From: an uncultured Chloroflexia bacterium
Lineage (GTDB): Bacteria > Chloroflexota > Limnocylindria > Limnocylindrales > CSP1-4
DNA: 64,000 nt
Direction: 5' to 3'
Assembly: GCA_963768655.1 (NCBI GenBank)
Contig: CAVYIM010000004.1
Coordinates: 736,001-800,000, forward strand
Within the stretch, counting starts at the first letter, position 1. Every line of letters starts with the position of its first letter. The position numbers and the translations under genes are program-made. The notes beneath the pieces are model-generated. The model was given only the letters and a program-made list of their open reading frames with translations, was not told where the DNA came from and searched no databases. Positions 55,152 to 64,000 of this stretch are shown here, one piece after another.

Positions 55152-57095
55152 CTATGCCGGCTCCGCCGCCAGGGCTTCCCGCGCCGATGGCAGCCTGCCC
55201 GTCTCCGCGGTTCCCTGGCGCGCGAACTGCGTTTGGTACAGCTCTGAGTAAACTCCGCCGGCGGCCAGCAGGTCGTCATGCGTGCCCCGCTCGACGATGC
55301 ACCCCTCCACGACGACGAGGATCTGATCGGCCTCGCGCACCGTTGAGAGACGGTGGGCGATGACGACGGAGGTGCGGCCGGTGAGCGCCGTCCGGAGCGC
55401 CAGCTGAACCGCTACCTCCGACTCGGAATCGAGGTGGGCCGTCGCCTCGTCGAGCACGACGATCGTCGGCGCCTTGAGCAACAGCCGGGCGATCGCGATG
55501 CGCTGCTTCTCGCCCCCCGACAGCCGGTAGCCGCGATCGCCGACGACCGTGTCCAGGCCGGCCGGCAGCGATTCGATCAGCGGCATGATCTGGGCGGCCT
55601 GGAGGGCCTCGAGCAGCTCCTCTTCAGAGGCTTGGGGCTTCGCGTACAGCAGGTTGGCCCGGATCGTGTCGTGGAACATGTGCGCATCCTGGGTGACCAC
55701 TCCAATCTCGCGGCGGATCGAGGCCAGAGTCGCGTCGCGCACGTCCACTCCGTTGATGCGGATGGCGCCCGAGCGCACGTCGTACAGGCGCGGGATCAGA
55801 TGACTCATCGTGGTCTTCCCGCCGCCGGACGGACCTACCAGCGCCACCAGCTCGCCCGGCCGGGCCGTGAACGACACGTCGAAGAGAACCTGCTGCGAGG
55901 GGGCCTGGTCGAGCACCGCGACCGACTCCAGCGAAGCCAGAGACACTTCCTCCGCCCGCGGATAGCTGAAGTCGACGTGGTCGAATTCGATGGTCGCGGG
56001 ACCGGTCGGGATTGCCACGGCATCCGGCTTCTCCGCGACCATGGGCTCGAGGTCGAGCACTTCGAAGACGCGATCGAAGCTGACCAGCGCGGTCATGATG
56101 TCGACCTGCACGTTCGAGAGGGCGGTCAGCGGGGCGTAGAGCCGGTTGAGGTACGCCGTCAGGGCGACGACCGTGCCGACCTGCAGCGCGCCACCGGCGG
56201 CAAGCACGCCGCCCCAGCCGTAGACGAGGGCGGTGGCGAGTGACGCGGTGAGCAGAATGGCGGCCATGAACACCCGCGTGTACATGGCCTGCGTGACCCC
56301 GATGTCGCGCACCCGGCCGGCCCTGTCCTCGAAGCTATGGATCTCGCGCATGGGCTCGCCGAAGAGCTTCACCAGGAGCGCCCCGGCCACGTTGAAGCGC
56401 TCGGTCATCATCGAGGTCATCTTGGCGTTGAGGTTGTAGCTCTCGCGGGTGAGAGCCTGGATCCGGCGACCGACCCAGCGAGCCGGCAGCAAGATGATCG
56501 GCAGGAGCGCCAGCGCCACCAGCGTGATAGGCCACGACAGCAGCAGCATGGCGGCGAGGGTGATGGCCACCGTGATGACGTTGCCGACAACCGACGAGAA
56601 CGTGTCGGTGAACGCCTGCTGCGCGTCCAGCACGTCGTTGTTGAGCCGGCTCACCAGGGCGCCGGTCTGAGTCCGGGTGAAGAAGGCGATGGGCATGCGC
56701 TGGAAGTGCGCGAACACCTGCGTGCGCATGTCGAAGATGAGGCCCTCGCCGACCCGCGCGGAGATCCACCGCTCCCAGAGAGACAGTGCCGCGTCCGACA
56801 CTGCCAGTACGCCGAGCAAGAGGGCCAGCTGCACCACCAGGCCGGAATCGTGGGGCAGGATGCCGTTGTCGATGATGGCCCGGTAGATGAGCGGGTTCGC
56901 GGCGCCCAACAGGGCGTCCAGGATGATCAGCACGAGGAAGATCGCCAGCATCCGCCGATACGGCGCCGCGAAGCGCGCGATCCGCCGCAGGATGCCGGGC
57001 GAGAGCTTCTGGGAGGTCACCGACTCGTCGCGACGGAATGAGCGCATCAGTCCCCAGCCGCCGCCTCCGCCACCCATGCCCCGGCGCATGCTCAT
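55152..57095 (-). CDS. ABC exporter half-transporter (TMD+NBD)
   Basis: FFTRTQTGALVSRLNND, GPSGGGKTT, LSGGEKQR, LDEATAHLD. Confidence 0.93.
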   Translation of the reverse strand: MSMRRGMGGGGGGWGLMRSFRRDESVTSQKLSPGILRRIARFAAPYRRMLAIFLVLIILDALLGAANPLIYRAIIDNGILPHDSGLVVQLALLLGVLAVSDAALSLWERWISARVGEGLIFDMRTQVFAHFQRMPIAFFTRTQTGALVSRLNNDVLDAQQAFTDTFSSVVGNVITVAITLAAMLLLSWPITLVALALLPIILLPARWVGRRIQALTRESYNLNAKMTSMMTERFNVAGALLVKLFGEPMREIHSFEDRAGRVRDIGVTQAMYTRVFMAAILLTASLATALVYGWGGVLAAGGALQVGTVVALTAYLNRLYAPLTALSNVQVDIMTALVSFDRVFEVLDLEPMVAEKPDAVAIPTGPATIEFDHVDFSYPRAEEVSLASLESVAVLDQAPSQQVLFDVSFTARPGELVALVGPSGGGKTTMSHLIPRLYDVRSGAIRINGVDVRDATLASIRREIGVVTQDAHMFHDTIRANLLYAKPQASEEELLEALQAAQIMPLIESLPAGLDTVVGDRGYRLSGGEKQRIAIARLLLKAPTIVVLDEATAHLDSESEVAVQLALRTALTGRTSVVIAHRLSTVREADQILVVVEGCIVERGTHDDLLAAGGVYSELYQTQFARQGTAETGRLPSAREALAAEPA

Positions 57096-57273
57096 CGAGC
57101 GCACCTCATGGTTCGCCGGGGGAGCGCATGTGCGGTTGATAGGGCGAAGCGGTGGCGATCACCGCCGAGGAAAGACATCAGGACTCCACTGCGCAATGCA
57201 CACGCTACCAGGGGTGCCCGCCGGTCGCCTGAACCGGCCCCGGCCGGCCGGCTCGCACGCCGTCCCGGTCTCG

Positions 57274-58362
57274 TTACCGAGCGGAAACGGCGCTCGCGGC
57301 CGCGCCGGCAGCTGCGTGCGCCTCCTCGGCCTCGAGCCAGCGCTCCGCGTCGATGGCGGCGCGGCAGCCTTCTCCGGCCGCCGTCACAGCCTGGCGATAG
57401 CGGTGGTCGTCGACGTCGCCCGCCACGAAGACGCCATCGATGTTCGAGGCGGTCGTCGGTCCTTCGGCCCGCAGATAGCCCTTCTCGTCGAGATCGAGCC
57501 AGTCGCGGAAGACCGCCACGTTGGGCCGGTGGCCGATGGCGACGAAGAAGCCGTCGACCGGCAGGATCTCTTCGCCCGCCCCGTCGGTCCTGCCGAGCCG
57601 CAGCCCCTCGACGTGCTCGGCCCCGAGCACTTCTTCGACCGTCCGGTTCAGGTGCAGCTCGATCCTGGGGTTCGAGGCGGCTCTGGCCTGCATGATCTTG
57701 CTGCCGCGAAACGCGTCGCGGCGATGGATCAGGTGCACCTTGCTGGCGAAGCGCGTCAGGAAGAGGGCCTCCTCGAGGGCGCTGTCGCCGCCGCCGACGA
57801 TGCCGACCTCCTTGCCGCGGAAGAAGAAGCCGTCGCACGTCGCGCAAGCGCTCACGCCCCGGCCGCGCAGGCGCGTCTCGCTCTCGATGCCGAGCCAGAT
57901 CGCCTCGGCGCCGGTCGCCACGATCAAGGCCTCGGCGCGGTACTCGACGCCCGCGGCCCACAGCCGGAAGGGGCGACCGCTGAGGTCCACACGCTCGACG
58001 TCCGCGTCGACGATCAGCGCCCCAAAGCGCTCGGCCTGTTTGCGGAAGAGGCCCATCAGCTCGGGGCCCTGGACGCCGTCTGGGAAGCCCGGGTAGTTCT
58101 CGACCTCGCTCGTGATCATGAGCTGCCCGCCGGCCGCGACGCCGCCGAGAACGATCGGCGCCAGGTTGGCGCGCGCGGTGTAGATCGCGGCGGTGAGCCC
58201 GGCCGGACCCGATCCGACGATGACGATGCGCGCCTCGAGCGGTTTGCCGGTTCCGCCGGCGGGGGACTGGCTCACGGGCGCGCTGCCGTCTGCCGCGGGA
58301 ATGAAGTTCAGGCTGATGCCGCCCAGCCCAGGCGTCTTGTTGGTGGTCTCGCCGTCGCTCAT
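57274..58362 (-). CDS. trxB: thioredoxin reductase
   Basis: GSGPAGLTAA, GGQL, ENYPGF, SACATCDG, GGGDSA.EEA, AGDV, YRQAVTAAG. Confidence 0.95.
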   Translation of the reverse strand: MSDGETTNKTPGLGGISLNFIPAADGSAPVSQSPAGGTGKPLEARIVIVGSGPAGLTAAIYTARANLAPIVLGGVAAGGQLMITSEVENYPGFPDGVQGPELMGLFRKQAERFGALIVDADVERVDLSGRPFRLWAAGVEYRAEALIVATGAEAIWLGIESETRLRGRGVSACATCDGFFFRGKEVGIVGGGDSALEEALFLTRFASKVHLIHRRDAFRGSKIMQARAASNPRIELHLNRTVEEVLGAEHVEGLRLGRTDGAGEEILPVDGFFVAIGHRPNVAVFRDWLDLDEKGYLRAEGPTTASNIDGVFVAGDVDDHRYRQAVTAAGEGCRAAIDAERWLEAEEAHAAAGAAASAVSAR

Positions 58363-58445
58363 GTCGTCATCGTAGCACGGGGCCGATACTCCTGGGGAGT
58401 ATACCGCGGCACGGGGCGGGTCGGCCGACGGCGCGGCCGGTCCAT

Positions 58446-58506
58446 CCCGGGTCGTGACGCCCGGGTCGTGGCGCCCGGGTCGTGGCGCCCGGGTCGTGGC
58501 GCCCGG
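58446..58506. repeat. tandem 14-bp repeat (GCCCGGGTCGTGGC) x~4
   Basis: Seen directly; abuts MITE-like copy B. Confidence 0.8.
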
Positions 58507-58508
58507 CA

Positions 58509-58721
58509 TCTGGTCAAACTTGCCTCAGGCGGGAGTTACGCCAGACGAGACGGCGCCTGGGCTGGCTCGAATCATCCTTGCGGCCCCGGACCGGTCATTG
58601 ATCGCTCTCGCAGTCCGGCGCTCGAGCGTCGCCCTGCGCTCTGACGGCTCCGCGCCGCCACCCGGCCCGCTGAAGGCTGCGGTTGGATGGCTGACTCTCA
58701 CCCCGGGCAAATCTGACCATA
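58509..58721. mobile_element. MITE-like element with imperfect terminal inverted repeats, copy B
   Basis: Left TCTGGTCAAACTTGCCTCAGGCGGGAGTTA; reverse complement of right end TATGGTCAGATTTGCCCGGGGTGAGAGTCA. Confidence 0.55.
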
Positions 58722-58782
58722 AAGCAATGCCCCGAGCCGATCATCGCGCCGCCAGACAGCCGAGGGCAGTGGATCAGACCGG

Positions 58783-59676
58783 CTAGATCGTCTTCGGCTC
58801 CAGGGCGTGGACCGCCGGGATGACGTCCCGGCCGATGGCTTCGAGGTTCCGAATGTCCCAGGCGTTGGCGAGGTTGAAGATCACGTGCTGGACGCCGACC
58901 CGTGCCAGCCCGCCGAAGCGATCGACCACCTGGGCCGCCGTCTCGCGGCCGAGGTCGACCGACTGGAGGTTCGTTCGCTCGATCTCCTCGAACGGCCTGC
59001 CGACCTCCGCGCAGCGCTCGCGCAGGACCGCGAACTTGTGGGTCAGCTGGTCGGGCCCGCCGAAGACGTTGCACGCGTCGGCGTATGTGGCCACCAGGCG
59101 AAGAGTCTTGTGCTCACCGCCGCCGCCGATGAGGATCTTCGGGTGCGGCCGGCTGATCGACTGCGGGGAGTTCAGCAGGCGGGTCGCTTGATAGTGCTTG
59201 CCCTCGAATGCCGCCTGCGAGCCGCGTTCCTCCTTCCACATCTCGTGGCAGATGCGCAGCGTCTCCTCGAGCATCTCGAAACGGACCCCGAGAGGGGGCA
59301 TCGGGAAGCCAAGGCCGTGGCTTTCCTCTTCGTTCCAGGCGGCCCCGATGCCCAGGTAGGCTCGCCCGCCGCTCAGGACGTCGAGCGTTGTGGCGGCCTT
59401 GGCCCACAGCGCGGCCTGGCGGTAGTGGACGCCGCCGACCATCAGCCCCAGCGTCGCCTGCTTCGAGTGGGCGGCCATATACCCGAGCGCCGTCCAGCCT
59501 TCGAGCATCGGCTCCTCGGGCTTGCCGACGCCGCGGATCTGGAAGAAGTGGTCCATCACCCACAGCGAGTCGAAGCCGGCTGAGTCGGCCGTCTCGGCGA
59601 TTCGGGCGAGAGTCGGGCCGATGGCCGCGTCGCCGCCAGGCCAGGAGAACGAGGGAACTTGCAGACCGATCTTCAC
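58783..59676 (-). CDS. LLM-class F420-dependent oxidoreductase
   Basis: WVMDHFFQ, EPMLEG, TLDVLSGGRA.LGIGAAW...E, IGGGGE..TLRLVA.YADACN. Confidence 0.9.
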   Translation of the reverse strand: MKIGLQVPSFSWPGGDAAIGPTLARIAETADSAGFDSLWVMDHFFQIRGVGKPEEPMLEGWTALGYMAAHSKQATLGLMVGGVHYRQAALWAKAATTLDVLSGGRAYLGIGAAWNEEESHGLGFPMPPLGVRFEMLEETLRICHEMWKEERGSQAAFEGKHYQATRLLNSPQSISRPHPKILIGGGGEHKTLRLVATYADACNVFGGPDQLTHKFAVLRERCAEVGRPFEEIERTNLQSVDLGRETAAQVVDRFGGLARVGVQHVIFNLANAWDIRNLEAIGRDVIPAVHALEPKTI

Positions 59677-59796
59677 AGCGAGCCTCCGAGGGCAATCGGC
59701 GGAGCCGGCGCGCGGGCCGTCGGCGTTGGTGGCAACGGCGACAGGTTAGCACCGGTGCGGTTCGGCGCCGATCCAGGGCGCGGTCCGAGTCCTCGT

Positions 59797-60820
59797 CTAG
59801 ATCCCGGCGATGCGGCGGTGTGCGAAGCGGGCGCCGCGGCGAGGAATCGCAATCCCGGAGACCTCCAGCAGCCGAATCACCCGGGCGCGCTGGCCGGCGT
59901 ACGGCGCCAGAATCTCGAGCATCCGGGCGTCATCGGCGCGGGGCTCACCGGCGAGGGCCCACGCGACCAGATCGGGGAGATGGGCGTCACCGACGCTGAC
60001 GGCATCCGGGTCGCCGAACGCGGTACGGGTCGCCTCCGCCGCCGTCCAGGGGCCGATTCCTGCGATCGTCAGCAGATGGGCGCGAGCTTCCTCCGGTGCG
60101 AGTGCCGTCCACGACTCGATCTGCGCGCCCTGGCGGCCGAGGCGGCGCAGCACTTCCGCTCGACGTCGCTCCAGCCCGAGAGGATGGAACTCGAAGTAGG
60201 GGAGTGCGGCAAGATCGGCGGCAGCCGGCGGCAGGAGCAACGCCACGGGCCCCGGGGCGGGCCTGCCCAGGCGGCGAGTCAGCCCGACGTACGCGGCGTG
60301 GGCTTCGGGCGCGGTCACCTTCTGCTCCGTCACGGCCGGGATCAACGACGCCAGGAGCTGGCCGGAGCGCGGCAGGCGCAGGGCGGAGAAGCGGCGTGCC
60401 AGCTCGTGGACCAGGGGGTGGTGCGGGACGAGCCGGCTCGGGTCGTCGAGCAGCCCGGCCAGGCCCGGCGCGGCCTCCAGGGCCAGTTCCGTGCCCGGGC
60501 CCCACGCCTCGGCCACGATCGCTCCAGCCTCCGCCTCCACTGCGGCCTCGGCCGCCAGCCGGAGAGTGGCGGGTCCGGCGGCCGTGGCCCGCGCCATCCA
60601 CACACCGTCGGCCGCGAATTCGAATCGTCGGGTCGTCGCGCCCGTGGCGCAGGGGCGCGAGGGTCAGTCGCAGATCGATCGGCGAGGGGAGCGGGAAGCG
60701 CGCGACAAGAGACCCGGCCGCTCCGCCCGCCGCGGCGCCCGCTCCGCCCGCAGCCGCCGCTCCGCCAGCCACGGCGCCTGCGGCCGCCGCTCCGCTCGCC
60801 ACGCCCGAGCGTCGGGTCAC
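59797..60820 (-). CDS. AlkA-like HhH-GPD DNA glycosylase, with an apparent +1 frameshift near 60619
   Basis: EQKVT..EA, GIGPWTA, GDPDAVSVGD.HL, L.PY.GQR; N-terminal TLAPLRHG..DPT lies in a second frame coupled to cofE. Confidence 0.82.
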
Positions 60821-61623
60821 TGGAAGAGGTCGAACTCGCGCGGCATCAGTAGGTCTGCGATGCGGCCCTCGCCCCGGGTCGGGCCCGCGCCGCGCACGAC
60901 TGCCGCTGGCCGCCGGGCGGTCTTGCCGAAGGCCAGCTCTGCGGCCGTGGCAATCTCATCGGCCGTGGCGCGGATCGTGCTCCGCATGATCCGCCCGTCC
61001 GCGTCGGGCGTGCCGCGCAGGTCGTCGATCGGCTTCATGCCGCTCACGCCGATCGCCACGTCCGTGATTCCCCACCGCCACGGGCGCCCGAAACTGTCGG
61101 ACACGATGACCGGTACATCGACGCCGAACGCGGCGCGGACGGCGGCCCGGATCCGGTCGGCGGAGGCATCCGGGTCGACCGGGAGCAGGGTCACGATGCT
61201 GCCACTTTCCGGGCCGACGTTCGAGGCGTCGACGCCGCCGTTGGCGCAGACGAAGCCGTGGGGCGTTTCGGTGATCAGGACGCCGTTCTGCCACCGAACC
61301 ACACGGCGAGCCTGGCGGAGCACGACCTCGAGCTGGCGCGGGTCGCGATCCCAGCGTTGGGCGAACTCGACCGCCTCCGGGCGCGGCTCGATCGTCATCA
61401 GGTCGACGATTGCGCCTTCGGCCTTGGAGACGATCTTTTGCGTCACCACCAGAACGTCGTCCTCGCGCAGCGGCAGCGCGTCGGTCAGCCGGCGCAGCGC
61501 CGCGATGAGCAGCGCCGGCAGGTCGTCGCCCGGCCGGATCTCGGGAATGCCTTCGAGGGCGAAGACCTCCACATGGCCGCCCCCTCGACCGCCCGCTCGC
61601 CCGCCCACGACCCCATCGCTCAC
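60817..61623 (-). CDS. cofE: coenzyme F420-0:L-glutamate ligase
   Basis: GIPEIRPGDDL, VVTQKIVSKAEG, ANGGVDASN, LP.DPDASA, DSFGRPWR.G. Confidence 0.93.
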   Translation of the reverse strand: MSDGVVGGRAGGRGGGHVEVFALEGIPEIRPGDDLPALLIAALRRLTDALPLREDDVLVVTQKIVSKAEGAIVDLMTIEPRPEAVEFAQRWDRDPRQLEVVLRQARRVVRWQNGVLITETPHGFVCANGGVDASNVGPESGSIVTLLPVDPDASADRIRAAVRAAFGVDVPVIVSDSFGRPWRWGITDVAIGVSGMKPIDDLRGTPDADGRIMRSTIRATADEIATAAELAFGKTARRPAAVVRGAGPTRGEGRIADLLMPREFDLFQ

Positions 61624-62267
61624 CGGCCGGCCTCATGGTCCAGGCCCGTCTTGTCAGCCTCGAGCAGGTCTTCGGGCGTGTCCACGTCGAAGGAGAGCGG
61701 CCCGTCCAGCTCCACGTACGCCGCCCCGGCCGCCGCGGCCTCGGCCGCGTGAGCCGCCCGGCTCCCCTCGCCGAACCGGAATGGGATGGCGTCGGGCGGG
61801 GTCACGAGCAGCGCGTTCGTGCCCGTGCCGTGTCTGTCCGAGACCAGCACCACCACCGCCCGATCGAGTGCGCCGGCGGCCGTCTGGCCGGCCACCTCGG
61901 CCAGCCGATCGATCTCCTCGGCGGTAACCCCCGGCAGATCCGCCGGAAGCACGAGCAGAGCCGTGGCCTCGGCGCAGGCCGAATCCCGCGTTTCCGTCAG
62001 GCCTTCGTTCAGCCCGTCGCTCTCCTGCAGGAGAGACGCCGCGCCCATCGCCCGGGCCTGGGCCAGCAGGTCGGCGTCCTGCGACACCACCGCGACTCCG
62101 TCCAGGCGTCGCGACGCCAGCGCCGCCGCCACCGTCCTTCGCAGCAGGGCGAGGACCAGGTCGGCCCGCTCCTCGGGGTCGAGCGGCTCCCCGAGGCGGG
62201 ACTTTGCGCCGCTGAGCGACCGTACCGGCACGATGGCCACGATCCGGGAGAGATCCGCGCCGCTCAT
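61620..62267 (-). CDS. cofC: 2-phospho-L-lactate/PEP guanylyltransferase
   Basis: IVPV....AKSRL, GLN, PADLP, GTGTNAL, FG.GS..AH, DVDTPEDL. Confidence 0.92.
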   Translation of the reverse strand: MSGADLSRIVAIVPVRSLSGAKSRLGEPLDPEERADLVLALLRRTVAAALASRRLDGVAVVSQDADLLAQARAMGAASLLQESDGLNEGLTETRDSACAEATALLVLPADLPGVTAEEIDRLAEVAGQTAAGALDRAVVVLVSDRHGTGTNALLVTPPDAIPFRFGEGSRAAHAAEAAAAGAAYVELDGPLSFDVDTPEDLLEADKTGLDHEAGR

Positions 62268-63214
62268 GCCTGCGCCGCCGTCGCCGCGGCCAGAACGTCG
62301 CGCGCCAGCCGTATGCGAGCCGCGACGTCGGTCATGACCGTGTCCGTGACCACGACTCCGAGCCCTAGCGCTCTCACCTCGCCGGCCAGCGACTCGTCCA
62401 GCCAATCGATCACCAGCGTGTCCAGCAGCTGCACCGACGCATACCGCCGCGCGATCCCGAGCGCGCTCGCCTCCTCGCCCAGGCCGACCATCATCCTGTC
62501 GGCCGGTCCGCGCAGGGCCTTGCCGCCGACGATGCCCGAGACCCCCACCGCCCGAACGCCTCGACCCCTGGCCGCGGCGATCTCCTCGCGCATCCCGCCC
62601 ACCGCCAGGATCGGGCCGATCGAGACGATCGGATTGGAGGGCGCCACGACGATCGCCTCGGCCGCCTGAAATGCCTCCGCGATCTCGGGCGTGATCCTCG
62701 CGCCCGCCGCTCCGTCGAACCGAACCTCGTGCACTTCCGGTTCCTGGTGCAGGCGGACGAAGTAGTCCTGGAAGTCGAGCCAGCCTTCCTCCGTTCGGAC
62801 CCGAGTGCGGACGGGCTCGTCGGTCATCGGCAGGATCCGGGATGGAACGCCGAGCGCCCGGCCCAGCGCGAGAGCCACCTCCGTCGGACGCTCGCCGCGT
62901 CGCAGCCTTTCGGTCCGATAAAGATGAGTCGCGATGTCCCGGTCGCCGAGGCGGAACCAGGTCCCCTCGCCCAGCCTGGCCAGCTCGCCCGTGACGTGCC
63001 AGGTCTCGCCCGCCAGCCCCCAGCCTTCGGGCCCGGCGATCCCGGCCAGCGTGTACATCACCGTGTCGTGGTCCGGGCAGATCGTCAGCGAGTGGCGCTC
63101 CAGGTCGTCGCCGGTGTTGACGATGACGGTCAGCTCGCCGGGCGCCAGCGTCCGCTGCAACCCATCGGCGAGCTTCGCTCCGCCGACGCCTCCGGCCAGG
63201 CACACAACGCGCAT
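62264..63214 (-). CDS. cofD: 2-phospho-L-lactate transferase
   Basis: LAGGVGGAK, VNTGDD, CPD.DT.MY, WF.LGDRD, PMTD, FQDYFV, PSNP.VSIGPIL. Confidence 0.94.
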   Translation of the reverse strand: MRVVCLAGGVGGAKLADGLQRTLAPGELTVIVNTGDDLERHSLTICPDHDTVMYTLAGIAGPEGWGLAGETWHVTGELARLGEGTWFRLGDRDIATHLYRTERLRRGERPTEVALALGRALGVPSRILPMTDEPVRTRVRTEEGWLDFQDYFVRLHQEPEVHEVRFDGAAGARITPEIAEAFQAAEAIVVAPSNPIVSIGPILAVGGMREEIAAARGRGVRAVGVSGIVGGKALRGPADRMMVGLGEEASALGIARRYASVQLLDTLVIDWLDESLAGEVRALGLGVVVTDTVMTDVAARIRLARDVLAAATAAQA

Positions 63215-63380
63215 CGTCTCCCCGCGATCCTTCAGCGAGTTCCTGCGCCGCAAGGTTAGCGCCGGCCGATGGCGGTGTCCTGGGTGGCGAAGAACTTGCG
63301 GACGTCGCTACCATTCGCAGGTGCCGTGCGGAGCGGCAGGGAGTACTCCGGCAGGTACCTCTGGTGGGCTGTCGACCAGT

Positions 63381-63520
63381 CGCCGCCCGCCTTAGCATCG
63401 CCAGGTTGCCGTGGCCTGCGGCATCGACGCGCCTGGGAGGGCCGTTTCACGTCGTCTGCATGCGCGTCGACACCATCCGAACTTGACCTCACGCCTCGAG
63501 GTTGGCTGAGGCGGGCAGCG
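63381..63520 (+). ncRNA. candidate structured 5' leader (four-way junction)
   Basis: P1 63381-96/63505-20, P3 63424-32/63462-70, plus two side hairpins; ends 11 nt before the AGGAGG RBS; no family recognised. Confidence 0.35.
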
Positions 63521-63545
63521 TGTTGAAGCACAGGAGGGCCGCCAC

Positions 63546-64000
63546 ATGCGCGGTTTCGATCGAATCGCCCGAACCGGACGAAGGACGAGCTCGATGACGG
63601 AGTCGCGCCAGCCGCGTCTCCGCGCACCCCGCGCCCTGCTGCGGCTGGGCCCCGCCCTCGCCGTCGCCGCCCTGGTCCTCGCTCTCTTCCCGACATCGGT
63701 GATGGCCGACGGCGGCAGCGCGACCCAGTTCTCGGTGACAGGGCCGACCGAAGTCACGGCCGGTGAGTCGAATTCGTACACGGTCACCGCGCTGGACGCG
63801 GACGATGGTGTGGTCTTGGACTACGCGGGCACCGTCGACATCACCTGTACCGACTTGGGCTCCGGTGTCTCGTGCCCGAGCCCCTTGGTACCCGATGACT
63901 TCACTTCGGGTGTCGCCACTGTCGACGTCACTTTCGTGACCGCTGCCTCGCAGACCGTCACCGCCACGGACGAGGCGGATGCCTCTATCACGGGCACGTC
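63546..64000 (+). CDS. secreted/surface protein with Thr/Ser/Asp-rich Ig-like domain (3'-truncated by window edge)
   Basis: AGGAGG RBS; signal-like LAVAALVLALFPTSVMA; VTAGES..YTVTALD...DYAGTV...QTVTATD; frame open to the window end. Confidence 0.75.
   Translation, partial: MRGFDRIARTGRRTSSMTESRQPRLRAPRALLRLGPALAVAALVLALFPTSVMADGGSATQFSVTGPTEVTAGESNSYTVTALDADDGVVLDYAGTVDITCTDLGSGVSCPSPLVPDDFTSGVATVDVTFVTAASQTVTATDEADASITGT

Noticed and set aside
58446-58506. CRISPR array
   Set aside because: 14-bp head-to-tail repeats with no spacers and no cas genes
58690-58770. c-di-GMP-I riboswitch (GGCAAA start)
   Set aside because: No GAAA tetraloop, GACGCAAAGC junction or P1 partner; the sequence is the inverted end of the repeat element
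63381-63520. 6S RNA
   Set aside because: Only short resemblances (TGGGAG, CATGC); branched rather than rod-like; kept as an unassigned structure
1-64000. tRNA, rRNA, integrase, transposase or prophage genes
   Set aside because: None recognised by eye; composition looks uniform. tRNAscan and Rfam runs are needed to exclude small RNAs

Overview
High-GC (about 70% by eye) bacterial chromosomal segment, almost fully coding. I saw no rRNA, tRNA, CRISPR array or transposase. The gene content (Pro/Thr/Ala-rich lipoprotein linkers, F420 genes, DUF5679-like protein, many leaderless genes) suggests Chloroflexota, possibly Limnocylindria, or a related monoderm lineage; this is inference. Layout: (i) 1-38.6 kb is a phosphorus super-locus with 2-aminoethylphosphonate catabolism (phnW fusion, phnX), an alkaline-phosphatase-family enzyme, pstSCAB-phoU, an atypical OmpR regulator, DUF47, an embedded nucleoside uptake/catabolism block, phoR, a second phoU, sixA, CYTH-CHAD, ppk1 and ppk2. 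Four PHO-box-like 11-bp repeat arrays occur here. (ii) 40-53.6 kb is a nitrogen locus with argH, two tandem amt genes lacking glnK, an unannotated 27-aa membrane peptide, and an argCJBRG operon that continues into a GAF histidine kinase and an OmpR-family regulator. (iii) 53.7-64 kb holds CAAX protease, OsmC, ABC half-transporter, trxB, an F420-dependent LLM enzyme, an alkA-like glycosylase, cofE/cofC/cofD and the start of a surface protein gene. Best candidate for a new system: a ~90-bp promoter cassette (four boxes at 11-bp period, then CTGATT-N17-TAnnnT) repeated exactly in phase before amt1, amt2 and the peptide gene. It lies next to a kinase whose GAF domain resembles the glutamine/2-oxoglutarate-sensing GAF of PtsP, suggesting a possibly PII-independent nitrogen-sensing two-component regulon. 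Other candidates: a catalytically dead DNA-ligase homolog with a clamp-binding-like motif, a MITE-like repeat family, and a four-way-junction RNA leader. Several +1 frameshifts look like consensus-sequence errors. All calls are by eye, without database searches.
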